This document shows, one piece after another, positions 9,229 to 17,579 of a stretch of 20,000 nt of DNA. Origin of the DNA: an uncultured virus (IMG/VR IMGVR_UViG_3300042276_000285). Its lineage: Duplodnaviria > Heunggongvirae > Uroviricota > Caudoviricetes. The translations under genes were made by a program, and so were the position numbers. Each line of letters starts with the position of its first letter. Position 1 is the stretch's first letter. The notes under the pieces were generated by a model that was not told the origin of the DNA, searched no databases, and saw nothing but the letters and a program-made list of their open reading frames with translations. Where the stretch lies: the IMG/VR virus record IMGVR_UViG_3300042276_000285, one strand, 5' to 3'.

Positions 9229-9635
9229 AGTCCTTGTATTTCTTGTTTAGTTAACTTAATTGCTTTGTTCAACAGTTTTATGTTGTCGTATACACCGATA
9301 AAGTTGTCAACAGCATAGTCCTTGCTAACGACGCTTACACCGCGTGTAAACCAACCGTCTGCAAAGAATCTGCTGTGAGACTCACATAGATTTAGTTCGT
9401 CCTCCGTTGAGGAAAGAGGCAATAGATACAGAAACTCTTTCTCTACCTTTATTACCACACACGGTCTCTTTTTGGCACCTACGCCGTTGGCAATCACGTC
9501 GCCCTTCTTGAAGTATCTTGGCTGTCCAAACATTGCGCCACCAACAGAGTGGACAAATCCTTTTGTCTCTCCTTTGGTGAAACTTTGCTTTACACTCGAT
9601 TCTATGATGTCGTACAGTTCTTGTTTTGTTGCCAT
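9225..9635 (-). CDS. PemK/MazF-like fold protein
   Basis: KKGDVI...KKRPCVVI...LLPLSST matches the PemK/MazF signature (GD..., KxRPxvV, vPlTS). Confidence 0.6.
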   Translation of the reverse strand: MATKQELYDIIESSVKQSFTKGETKGFVHSVGGAMFGQPRYFKKGDVIANGVGAKKRPCVVIKVEKEFLYLLPLSSTEDELNLCESHSRFFADGWFTRGVSVVSKDYAVDNFIGVYDNIKLLNKAIKLTKQEIQGL

Positions 9636-9644
9636 AAATTTTAA

Positions 9645-9673
9645 AGATTAAAGTCCCGGTCAACACCGGGACT
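9645..9673 (-). terminator. Stem-loop / probable intrinsic terminator
   Basis: Perfect 9-bp stem AGTCCCGGT-CAAC-ACCGGGACT; followed on the - strand by an interrupted U tract. Confidence 0.55.
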
Positions 9674-9696
9674 CTTGATACAAAATCTCGTGAACG

Positions 9697-9834
9697 TCAT
9701 TCGTTATACAACCAATCTATATTCACTGCCATCTTGCGAAAGTCGTAGTTGGCTTCCAAATGAAACTTCCGCAAAATTTCTTCTATTGCTTTTAGCCTTT
9801 CTTCGTTGAGTGTTCGCTTTGGAATCTTGTTCAT
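9697..9834 (-). CDS. Hypothetical protein (45 aa; not in ORF track)
   Basis: MNKIPKRTLNEERLKAIEEIL...; ATGA coupling with the upstream stop; ends just before the hairpin. Confidence 0.5.
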   Translation of the reverse strand: MNKIPKRTLNEERLKAIEEILRKFHLEANYDFRKMAVNIDWLYNE

Positions 9835-10397
9835 GACTTTTGTTCTTGTTGATTGTCAATGCTCAACTGTTCGAATCTATCATCGAACTGCAAGTCGACA
9901 GTAGTAACCTTGTCGGGTTTGTCAAACAAGTGCCGTGCAGCATTTAAAAGAATAGCCGATGCCTCAAAGCAAAACACTCTCTTTTCTTTGTTCTTTGGAG
10001 ACAGGTCGATCTTTCCATTGCTGAGAATGTACGGCATCCACCACGCAAAATTCAATATTTCATATTCTATGTTGCCATAGGCCATTTCGTTGGCTTTATC
10101 GCTTACCATTTCTTTTTCACGTTCTGTCAGTTGTTCTTTTAGTCTAAACGCAAGAACGTCTTTTGTTTTGTTGTGAATGTTTAGATCGGTTATAACATAT
10201 CCTTTCGCAACAGCTTCGGCAACTACAACGTTGTTTTCTCTTTTCCAAACCACCGTCATCGTGTGATTGTAGTACTTGTCCAACTTTTTCCCGTAGTGAA
10301 TTTTCGCCCATCGTTTCATGAAAAACTGTATTCCCTTTGGCAGGAATCCACTGTTGTTGTGTATGGCAATTATATCGCCTATTTGTAGTTCAATCAT
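9831..10397 (-). CDS. Permuted papain-like NlpC/P60 (YiiX/YebB, C92) enzyme
   Basis: LQIGDII, YNHT (His), AEA and FCFE (Cys after His = permuted order). Confidence 0.75.
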   Translation of the reverse strand: MIELQIGDIIAIHNNSGFLPKGIQFFMKRWAKIHYGKKLDKYYNHTMTVVWKRENNVVVAEAVAKGYVITDLNIHNKTKDVLAFRLKEQLTEREKEMVSDKANEMAYGNIEYEILNFAWWMPYILSNGKIDLSPKNKEKRVFCFEASAILLNAARHLFDKPDKVTTVDLQFDDRFEQLSIDNQQEQKS

Positions 10398-10627
10398 TTC
10401 CTAAAGTCTTTTTCTGTCAATTCCATATACGTAAATCCATATTCTTCTGCCAGTGCCATTGCTGTTCTGCACGCCTTTTTGAAGCTATCTATCCCGTGTA
10501 GTTCTACAGACACCTTTCTCAAATCCTGTGTCATAGGGTAGCGAAACACGCCGTTGGAGCTAAACCATCGTATGTATTCACCGCCTGTCACGTCCTGTAC
10601 TTTAAATCCGTATGTCTTCATATCCAC
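10394..10627 (-). CDS. Hypothetical protein
   Basis: 77-aa ORF overlapping both neighbours in the operon. Confidence 0.6.
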   Translation of the reverse strand: MDMKTYGFKVQDVTGGEYIRWFSSNGVFRYPMTQDLRKVSVELHGIDSFKKACRTAMALAEEYGFTYMELTEKDFRK

Positions 10628-10893
10628 CTTCCTTCTTTGATTATCAATTCGTCTATTCCTTCTATCTCCACGCCGTTGAACTCAACACGCAAGTCACCCC
10701 ACCTGTATATGAAGTTTGTTGCCGGAGGAGTCCACATGTCCCCTGCTATGTACTGCCACTCCGAAAACACAGTCCCGTTCACAATAGCCACGCCGTCGTC
10801 GAAGACAAACTCCTCGTCTTTGTAGAATTGTACGTCGTCGTTGTATCCTTCCAGAAGCAATTCTGACAGGGTTTTTAAGCTGAACTTTGCCAT
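10618..10893 (-). CDS. Hypothetical protein
   Basis: 91-aa acidic ORF in operon orientation. Confidence 0.6.
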   Translation of the reverse strand: MAKFSLKTLSELLLEGYNDDVQFYKDEEFVFDDGVAIVNGTVFSEWQYIAGDMWTPPATNFIYRWGDLRVEFNGVEIEGIDELIIKEGRWI

Positions 10894-10940
10894 AGTAGTC
10901 TATTTGTATTGCCTGTTGCTAAAAGTGTCTAAAACACCGC

Positions 10941-11153
10941 TTAGATTCCGTCTCCGCTGACGATTTGATTCAGTTGAGACAAAATGTAATCCTGTGCATC
11001 TCCCCAGAACATGTCGCACGTGAATACGCCGTCTTCTATCTTAAACGGAGTGTATACAAACCACGACTGCATTTCTCCTTCTGTTGACGTGTGGCGATGA
11101 CACTTGTCTGCTATCGGGCAGTTTGTTCCGTTGCACTTTGTAATGTCTGTCAT
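10941..11153 (-). CDS. Small Cys-rich phage hypothetical protein
   Basis: MTDITKCNGTNCPIADKCHRH: the DIT.C.G..CP....C.R pattern is common in phage small proteins. Confidence 0.7.
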   Translation of the reverse strand: MTDITKCNGTNCPIADKCHRHTSTEGEMQSWFVYTPFKIEDGVFTCDMFWGDAQDYILSQLNQIVSGDGI

Positions 11154-11208
11154 TTCTTTTCCAATATTAATACTACTTCCTTTGTTTTCATAATTCTAAA
11201 ATTTAAAG

Positions 11209-11293
11209 TTGATCCGGATAGAGGAATCGAACCTCCATTTCCCAATTGGATGTAATACCTCTGGGCTGCGCACTTCCCTTATACGAATCCGAC
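11209..11293 (-). ncRNA. tRNA-like element / pseudo-tRNA (non-canonical anticodon arm)
   Basis: Acceptor TCGGAT/ATCCGG, D arm GTAT-AAGGGAA-GTGC, T arm GGAGG-TTCGATT-CCTCT. The middle arm is an extended CCCAG...TTGGG stem with no 7-nt anticodon loop. Confidence 0.6.
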
Positions 11294-11312
11294 ATTAAAA
11301 TACTCCTAAACT

Positions 11313-11372
11313 CTTCTATTGCATAGGATTCGAACCTATCTGAACACCCATCCGTGAACCCCGCCAGCAGAA
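11313..11372 (-). ncRNA. Second T-arm-containing tRNA-like remnant
   Basis: Perfect T arm ATAGG-TTCGAAT-CCTAT enclosed by an imperfect TTCTGCTG/CAATAGAA stem; no clear D or anticodon arm. Confidence 0.4.
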
Positions 11373-11451
11373 CTCTCGTATTTTATAGAGTTTTTAGTGT
11401 TTCAAAGAACTTCCTGCGGTACTAAACCGCGTTTAGAAACTTTCATGGGTA

Positions 11452-11482
11452 CAAAGATACAGCATAAAACGCAACCCACAAA
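11452..11482 (-). promoter_or_regulatory. Bacteroidota sigma-70 promoter
   Basis: TTTG-19 nt-TATCTTTG, matching the -33/-7 consensus; intergenic, upstream of the tRNA-like elements. Confidence 0.8.
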
Positions 11483-11505
11483 ACATTTTTATATGTTGTA
11501 CAACA

Positions 11506-12741
11506 TTAAATGGTGATCCTAAGAACAGTCTCGTGCTTTCTTGTTTTCTCCAGAGACTTTGGGTTGTACGCGTCCTGCCAGTCTTTTGTGTCGTAGCCTT
11601 CGTATCCGGTCGTGTCCTGTATGTCGATTTTTACAGAATCTATTCCGTGTTCTTTTACAACGTGAAGGTTTTGACTTGCTTTTCCTACGAGAAGAAGTGC
11701 ATCTTCTGAGTAGTTGTTCGACCCACACACCGACGACGACCTTGCATACATATCTGCTATCATAGCCTCGTGCAGGTGTCCGTAGATAACAAAGTCAATA
11801 AGTATGTCCATGTTTGCATACTTGCGTATGAGCTTGGACATGTCTTTGGATACGTCTTTGCCTATTTGATTCCCGTGAACGAGCAAAAACACCTTGTCTC
11901 CAACCTCTACGACTTCTTCCAGCTTGTCAGACAACCCCAAGAAAGATACCCCCTGTGTTCCGTGTAGCTTATATCTTAAAATGTTAAAGATGGTAAAGTC
12001 GTAGTTGTCGCTGACTATGTCACCGTTCCAGTTAAAGTCCTTGCCAACACGGGATTCGTTTCCACAGACACCAGCCACGTGAACGTTGTAGTGTTCGTTT
12101 AGCTGAACGATGGCGTTCTCTATTATTTGAACCGCAATAAATGTTGCCTTAGACCTGTTTGTCGCCATAGCCAGAATCTCATCCAACCTTCTATCCGAGT
12201 TTAGGAGATCTCCGGTCATGAGCAGGAAAACGTCTACTACGTCAAATCTGTTCAGATACTCTACCGACTCAGTAATAAACTTCTGTATCCTCTTTGACGC
12301 TATCGTAAAGTCGTATTTGTTGCTTTTTATGTTAATGAGTTCGTTAAAGTGAACGTCGCTCAGGTGGACAACGCCAAATGCCTTCCCAACAGCATTGTGA
12401 AATACACCAGCAGGCTTATACGGATTGTTCTGAAATACTTCGATTAGCTGCTTCGTGTATTCGCTAACAGCGTTTTCTACCCTTGCATACTCCCGGAACG
12501 ACTTCCTTTCAATTCTGTTCAAGTCCATGTGCTTTTGCCGCTGCTTTTGAAACCTGACATTCTGCTCTACAAGCTCCGCGTCTGTCTCAAAGAACTCACT
12601 CAACTTGTCCATATTTCGAGACATAAACCAATAGTACCGTGCCTCTTGGTCTGAAATGCCAAATTGTGCTGCTATGGATTCTCTTGAAGGCATAGTCGGA
12701 TCGTCTACAACCCTTCTCAACAGTTCTACATTTAATTCCAT
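11506..12741 (-). CDS. Calcineurin-like metallophosphoesterase with N-terminal HTH-like segment
   Basis: SDVH, TGDLL, GNE (GNH variant), VHG and GHLH motifs; N-terminal SRESIAAQFGISDQEARYY. Confidence 0.85.
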   Translation of the reverse strand: MELNVELLRRVVDDPTMPSRESIAAQFGISDQEARYYWFMSRNMDKLSEFFETDAELVEQNVRFQKQRQKHMDLNRIERKSFREYARVENAVSEYTKQLIEVFQNNPYKPAGVFHNAVGKAFGVVHLSDVHFNELINIKSNKYDFTIASKRIQKFITESVEYLNRFDVVDVFLLMTGDLLNSDRRLDEILAMATNRSKATFIAVQIIENAIVQLNEHYNVHVAGVCGNESRVGKDFNWNGDIVSDNYDFTIFNILRYKLHGTQGVSFLGLSDKLEEVVEVGDKVFLLVHGNQIGKDVSKDMSKLIRKYANMDILIDFVIYGHLHEAMIADMYARSSSVCGSNNYSEDALLLVGKASQNLHVVKEHGIDSVKIDIQDTTGYEGYDTKDWQDAYNPKSLEKTRKHETVLRITI

Positions 12742-13625
12742 CCTCTATTTAAACTTTGATTTATAAATTCGTGTAAATTTTTATATTCCTGTTCGCGCCG
12801 CGTAGACTTGTCTCGCCACCCATCTGTTTCCCACGTAAAGTCAAACAGCGTTTTTGGCATTACAAACATTCCTTCGTCCCTACTCACCCGTTTCTTTCCG
12901 GCACGTTTAACCCTCTCGTCGCGACCGCAAGTTACACGAATTGTTTTAATGTCGTAAATATCAGAATATTTTTCAACAAGATATCGCAATCCAACTTCGT
13001 CGATAACGTATGTGTTTTCTTCTTTTACGTCTGAATGCAAACAGCAATACCGCCGCCCGCCAAACTCTGTAAAAGCAATCATGTCGTCCTTGTTGAACGC
13101 GTCAAATTCAGCGTCAGAAACGAATGTATGCCCTGTTTCGTCAGGCGTCCTTCTTGGTCTGGTTGTGTAGCTCTGAATTATAGACACGCCAAAGTTGCTT
13201 TCTATGTATTCAGCAAGGGTGCTTTTGCCTGAGCCACTTTCTCCGACGATACAAATTACTACGGGCTTACGATGCGACTTCCACTGAACGTATTCGTCTG
13301 CTTTCTGCCACCCCGGAAACCCACCAATGTTCTTGTCATCGAAGTATATGTCACCAGATGCCTTGCGCGTATCGATACCGTAAAAATCGATGATGTCAGG
13401 ATCGTTTTCATTCAAAAAGTGATAAAGGATTCCATTGGACTGCAAAAATCTTCTGCAATTATCCAAATGCTCACCAGCCCTGCACGTCCACACGCCTATC
13501 TTGTGTCCCTGTCCGTACCACTTGTTTATCGTTTCTTTTGCTCCACTCATAAGCGTGCCTATGCGTGGGTACTGACTGGACACAATCGTGCCGTCAAAGT
13601 CTACTATAAGCGTTAATTTCTTCAT
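12732..13625 (-). CDS. HAD-family phosphatase (BT0820-like) fused to guanylate kinase-like domain
   Basis: N-terminal VDFDGTIV, WTCR, RK..DIYFDDK; C-terminal P-loop GESGSGKST with SYTTRPRR and YVIDE.G. Confidence 0.85.
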   Translation of the reverse strand: MKKLTLIVDFDGTIVSSQYPRIGTLMSGAKETINKWYGQGHKIGVWTCRAGEHLDNCRRFLQSNGILYHFLNENDPDIIDFYGIDTRKASGDIYFDDKNIGGFPGWQKADEYVQWKSHRKPVVICIVGESGSGKSTLAEYIESNFGVSIIQSYTTRPRRTPDETGHTFVSDAEFDAFNKDDMIAFTEFGGRRYCCLHSDVKEENTYVIDEVGLRYLVEKYSDIYDIKTIRVTCGRDERVKRAGKKRVSRDEGMFVMPKTLFDFTWETDGWRDKSTRREQEYKNLHEFINQSLNRGWN

Positions 13626-13748
13626 AATTTTAAATTTAATGCAGGGATGCAGGTCTGGTTAACCTGATTCATCCCCGCTATTGAAATTCAGCTATTTTGA
13701 TATTTCACCGCTCCACACGGCATTAAAATAAAAAGTTAATAGTTTGTA

Positions 13749-13979
13749 TTACTTCTGATAGAAACTCGCTCTACGGGCGTAAAAATACTCTTCTTCGTCA
13801 AAATTGACGGGTGCCATTCCATGCTGCATTCTCATGATGTCGTACTTGCGCGCCGCATGTTCCTCGTCCTTTGTTCTCTTTCTGTAAACAGTCTTGTTTA
13901 CAATTAGCTGGGCTACCCAATATTCCCATCCGTGTTCGTTTGTCTTAAACACGCCCCTGTATTTACTTTTTCCTGCCAT
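13749..13979 (-). CDS. Stand-alone AP2-domain DNA-binding protein
   Basis: SKYRGV...WVAQL...EEHAARKYD...NF. Confidence 0.75.
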   Translation of the reverse strand: MAGKSKYRGVFKTNEHGWEYWVAQLIVNKTVYRKRTKDEEHAARKYDIMRMQHGMAPVNFDEEEYFYARRASFYQK

Positions 13980-14176
13980 TACTTTCGCTTAAATACATTT
14001 ACCGGCTCAAGTCCGTTTCTCATAAGGAACAGGTCGTACTGCACGGCTGCTTCCCTCTCTGTGTCTTGTATCGTTTCAAATACACTGCCGCCAATTTGTT
14101 TGCGTGCTATCCACTTCTGCCTGCCGTACACCATGCGCTTCGACACACCTTTGTATCCACTTGGAGACTTCTTCAT
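13979..14176 (-). CDS. Stand-alone AP2-domain DNA-binding protein
   Basis: SGYKGV...WIAR...EREAAVQYD...PVN. Confidence 0.75.
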   Translation of the reverse strand: MKKSPSGYKGVSKRMVYGRQKWIARKQIGGSVFETIQDTEREAAVQYDLFLMRNGLEPVNVFKRK

Positions 14177-14640
14177 TTCAACAGTTCTTTTATGTTCTTT
14201 ACTCCCATTTCCTGCATCTTCTTTATGTACTCGTCCAAGTATCGAAATGCTTTTAGTCCGTCTTCCTCAGGCTTGCCATTTATTGTTGGCACACGAAGAT
14301 GGTTTCTTGCATAACTAAGTCTTTCCAAGTCGTTCATTTTGTTGTTTTTTATTCCTTTGTATGAAATAGAAATGTCTTTTACAATGAATTTGTCGTCACG
14401 CTGTGTCCCCCGAACAACGGCAATGTTGTATCTCTTTTCGTGATACCTGCTGTTGACAACTTCCCTGTCAAATACAAGGTCGTCGTCCCACAGCACAAAC
14501 CCCTGTTCGAGCATTTCTTCTTCCAGTGCGTCGTAGTATGGAACGATGTCCACAAAGTCGCTCGTGTCCAAGTCGGGAGCAATTCTGTGAATATCGTCCA
14601 CGTCAAATCTGTTCAATTTTCCTTTAATCAACATACACAA
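14173..14640 (-). CDS. Hypothetical protein
   Basis: 155-aa ORF overlapping its neighbours. Confidence 0.65.
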   Translation of the reverse strand: MCMLIKGKLNRFDVDDIHRIAPDLDTSDFVDIVPYYDALEEEMLEQGFVLWDDDLVFDREVVNSRYHEKRYNIAVVRGTQRDDKFIVKDISISYKGIKNNKMNDLERLSYARNHLRVPTINGKPEEDGLKAFRYLDEYIKKMQEMGVKNIKELLK

Positions 14641-14857
14641 ATCCTCTGTTTACGTATTCCTCGATCATATCGTATCTCAATCCTTCTGTTACGTGGTACT
14701 CCTGTAGCTCTTGTTTCTTTTCCGACCATATCCAGTAAGGCATTCCAAGTTTCACAGTGTACCAATCAGGGTTCGTATATAATTCTACGTTAATGAAGTC
14801 GAAAAAGGACTCTGCTCTCCTAAGATCATCTCTGCTTCGTTTTGTATCTGCTGCCAT
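14624..14857 (-). CDS. Hypothetical protein
   Basis: 77-aa ORF filling the gap; start uncertain (73-nt overlap with upstream ORF). Confidence 0.5.
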   Translation of the reverse strand: MAADTKRSRDDLRRAESFFDFINVELYTNPDWYTVKLGMPYWIWSEKKQELQEYHVTEGLRYDMIEEYVNRGFVYVD

Positions 14858-15195
14858 TTTTCGTCTGTCATATTAGCCTTAACTACGTTGATGATAGCGT
14901 CCATTATATTTCCACGCAATGTCTCAATGTATTTAATTTTCATTTCAATCAACTTGTACAAGTCTTTCTGTAGCTTGTAGGTTCTTTTTACCCTGCGATA
15001 ATGGTCTGCATCCAAGTAGCTTCCATTGTCGCTCTTGTAGTCTTCTATCACCTCTATCTGCATTTCCAGTGAAGCAACGTCCATGTGCTGCTCCATAAGC
15101 CACTCCTGTAGCTGCAACAGGTCACCACAGTCAAGCACGTCGCCTGACTTTAAACCTGTATTCTTGTTCTTGATCTCAAATTCTTTCTTCACCAT
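14785..15195 (-). CDS. Hypothetical coiled-coil protein
   Basis: 136-aa helical ORF, TAATG-coupled to the resolvase gene. Confidence 0.65.
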   Translation of the reverse strand: MVKKEFEIKNKNTGLKSGDVLDCGDLLQLQEWLMEQHMDVASLEMQIEVIEDYKSDNGSYLDADHYRRVKRTYKLQKDLYKLIEMKIKYIETLRGNIMDAIINVVKANMTDEKWQQIQNEAEMILGEQSPFSTSLT

Positions 15196-15692
15196 TAAAA
15201 CTTTCTCCTTGCATATTCGGCTAACAACAATCCGTCTGCGTCGCCGTGTTTAACAATTAAATCTCTGTGTTGCGGAAACAGCCTGCACCCAATGTCACGT
15301 GAATCGTCTTTAAGGGTTTTTGATCCATGCGGCAGAAGCTCTTTTTGCCATGCTTTTGAGTCCTCAAACTGAATAGGTATATGAAAGTACTCCACGGCAA
15401 TCAAAACGGCTTCTAACGCCCTTAAAGCACTCGTGGTGGCACCAAACCGCGTCGGATTTACCATCGGCCTTTCAATTAAACAAATTGTAGCCTCTGGGTT
15501 GCCTTTGCTAAGTATATCTGCAAACACACTTAGCATTTTGTCAAAGTCGATTCTTGTGATGTTTGCCTTCTTCTTCGTGTAGTTTTGCTCCATTTTTACG
15601 GGAACATTTAGGAACCACGTTTTGTTGTTGCATATAGCCCCTATCGTTCCGCTAACACCGTTGTCGATTCCGATATAAAGTTTATTTTCCAT
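15195..15692 (-). CDS. RuvC-like Holliday junction resolvase
   Basis: YIGIDNGVSG (catalytic Asp), LIER, WQK and GDADGLLLA; start assigned to MENKLY. Confidence 0.8.
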   Translation of the reverse strand: MENKLYIGIDNGVSGTIGAICNNKTWFLNVPVKMEQNYTKKKANITRIDFDKMLSVFADILSKGNPEATICLIERPMVNPTRFGATTSALRALEAVLIAVEYFHIPIQFEDSKAWQKELLPHGSKTLKDDSRDIGCRLFPQHRDLIVKHGDADGLLLAEYARRKF

Positions 15693-16074
15693 TGCGTGTA
15701 AATTTAAAGTATTCAACAACGTCTCTGTCCAAGAAGAATATGTCCTTCTCAAAGTGACTCTCCATCTTCCATCTGCCATCGTCTTGTTTTACCAACACGT
15801 GCCACCTGTCCAAGTCGTAACTAAAAGGGACACTTCTTGTCACCATCTTCATCTGGTCTACCACGTTTCCGGCAGAGCTTTCTACCTTTTGCATTACCGT
15901 CTCCGGTACGCTGTCGTTTCCGTATTTCATAGACGTGTAGAAGTCAACAAGGATTCCCTCTGCGTAGTATTCAACAGTTGTTGCTTCTGCGTCAAGTATG
16001 TCGGAATGTTCCGGGTTACCGTAATCCACGTCTACCTCGCGTGTCTTACGTATGTATGCCTTAATTGGAATCAC
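15682..16074 (-). CDS. Hypothetical protein
   Basis: 130-aa ORF (GTG start) overlapping its neighbours. Confidence 0.6.
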   Translation of the reverse strand: MIPIKAYIRKTREVDVDYGNPEHSDILDAEATTVEYYAEGILVDFYTSMKYGNDSVPETVMQKVESSAGNVVDQMKMVTRSVPFSYDLDRWHVLVKQDDGRWKMESHFEKDIFFLDRDVVEYFKFTRNGK

Positions 16075-16864
16075 CGAATATTCTTTTAATGTTTATATCC
16101 TTAATAGAAAACTTATCAGGCATTGACTCTTTTCTTGGTTCAATGCTACCTCGTCTCAACAGCTCTACATACGCAGTTTCTTTTACAGCACAAAACTTTT
16201 CCCACAAATAGTCACGCTCTTTGTCTTTCACTTCAGTAAACGTGTATTTTTTCTTTGTTGTGTTGCCAAGTATTATCACGCCGGCTTTGTCAGCACCGAC
16301 GACCCTGCGAATGGATTCCACCTGCATCTTGTGTTCTTCTGACACCACCTTTGACGTCTTCCAATCCAACACCCACCTGTCCTTGTAGTCGTCTGCCAAA
16401 ATTCTTGCCTCCAAATCCAGAGTAAACCCAAAGTCCTCGCCCGTGGACATACGCTCAGACGCAAGTATCTCCGGTTGCTGGTCTGACATGAAGTTCATAA
16501 ACGCCAGCAGGCACACTTTTATTTTATACGCCTCCTTTTCGTTTGGGAAAGCAGCATCTATATCTGCGTGTTGTATGTCTACGTTGGACTTAATCATTCT
16601 GTCAATACTGTCGTGAACAAAGCTGCCTATTTCAGCAGAACGCGCAAGTATGTCGTCTGCATACATTCCATTTTGCTGCCTCCACTTTGACAACCCAACT
16701 GGCTCTGGTGCGCCAACAGACGTAATAAAATGATATGCCGGGAAAAAGCTGTTGCCAGTACGAGGGTTTATCTTTGACGGATCGTGGTAAAACCTCGTAT
16801 CGAATACGCTATCCGTTATTCTCTCTATCATATAAATATTTTTTAAAATTTTCGTGTGACTCAT
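16061..16864 (-). CDS. PD-(D/E)XK exonuclease (phage recombination nuclease)
   Basis: GSFVH, ASE, GFTLDL, LDWKTS and Q motif order; start may be the Met at 16831. Confidence 0.8.
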   Translation of the reverse strand: MSHTKILKNIYMIERITDSVFDTRFYHDPSKINPRTGNSFFPAYHFITSVGAPEPVGLSKWRQQNGMYADDILARSAEIGSFVHDSIDRMIKSNVDIQHADIDAAFPNEKEAYKIKVCLLAFMNFMSDQQPEILASERMSTGEDFGFTLDLEARILADDYKDRWVLDWKTSKVVSEEHKMQVESIRRVVGADKAGVIILGNTTKKKYTFTEVKDKERDYLWEKFCAVKETAYVELLRRGSIEPRKESMPDKFSIKDINIKRIFGDSN

Positions 16865-17081
16865 CTACAAATCTTACGCAGTCAATCCAATCCTTGTCGA
16901 TGAATTGTTTAACTCCAATGTCGCAAAGTTTTTTGCTCACCTGCTCAGGCGTAGAAAAAAAACCAACTGGATCGTAATTATCTTTTCCTGCTTTTTCGCC
17001 TTTCTTAATCTGCTTCTTTTCATACAGAATGTACTGATACTGGTCTGAACCAATGTACAGATTATCAGTTAACTTTTTCAT
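16809..17081 (-). CDS. Hypothetical protein
   Basis: 90 aa; SDQYQYIL...GFF pattern seen in small phage proteins. Confidence 0.65.
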   Translation of the reverse strand: MKKLTDNLYIGSDQYQYILYEKKQIKKGEKAGKDNYDPVGFFSTPEQVSKKLCDIGVKQFIDKDWIDCVRFVDESHENFKKYLYDRENNG

Positions 17082-17559
17082 TGGCTTTCAGTGCTTCTGT
17101 GAAAAATCTGTCTGCAACGCGCAATACGAATTGAGACGTTGTCTTCACCACCTCGTCTTCGTCGTTGGTTTTAACGGTAATTGTAATGCCATTTGCCAAT
17201 CTAACCGCCGCATCTAAAGCATTTAGCCACACAGTGACCGGAAACGCACTTCTTTCTTCTGTCTTGACAGGTGCGGGTGATGCCTGCTGTGCAGAGCTTC
17301 CGCTTGCAATAATCTTTGACGTCTTTGTGACTATATTTTTATACCCGTTCTTTTCTTCCAACAAAAGTTCCACCTCTTGTCCTTCTTTGAACTTGTTGCC
17401 GTTCTGATCCACCGGCCACACCTCGCCATTTCTTTCGTTGCACAGGCCGTTGTGCCACTCTCCGTTTACCTTTAAACCATAGCCTGCAAATTTTCCGTGT
17501 TTGCCTTCACGCGGTTCTTTCACGTTTACCGCTTCTACTATTCCTTTTACAATTTCCAT
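17065..17559 (-). CDS. Putative ssDNA-binding (OB-fold) protein
   Basis: Beta-rich N-domain (YGLKVNGEW...GQEVEL...GYKNI) plus low-complexity linker; lies near the exonuclease gene. Confidence 0.5.
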   Translation of the reverse strand: MEIVKGIVEAVNVKEPREGKHGKFAGYGLKVNGEWHNGLCNERNGEVWPVDQNGNKFKEGQEVELLLEEKNGYKNIVTKTSKIIASGSSAQQASPAPVKTEERSAFPVTVWLNALDAAVRLANGITITVKTNDEDEVVKTTSQFVLRVADRFFTEALKANEKVN

Positions 17560-17579
17560 GATTAATTTTATTATAAAGT

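Noticed and set aside
11209..11293. Functional tRNA with assignable anticodon
   Set aside because: No canonical 5-bp stem with 7-nt anticodon loop can be formed, so it is reported as tRNA-like only.
16061..16864. Cas4/CRISPR association
   Set aside because: No Fe-S cysteine cluster and no repeat-spacer array; the context is a phage recombination module.
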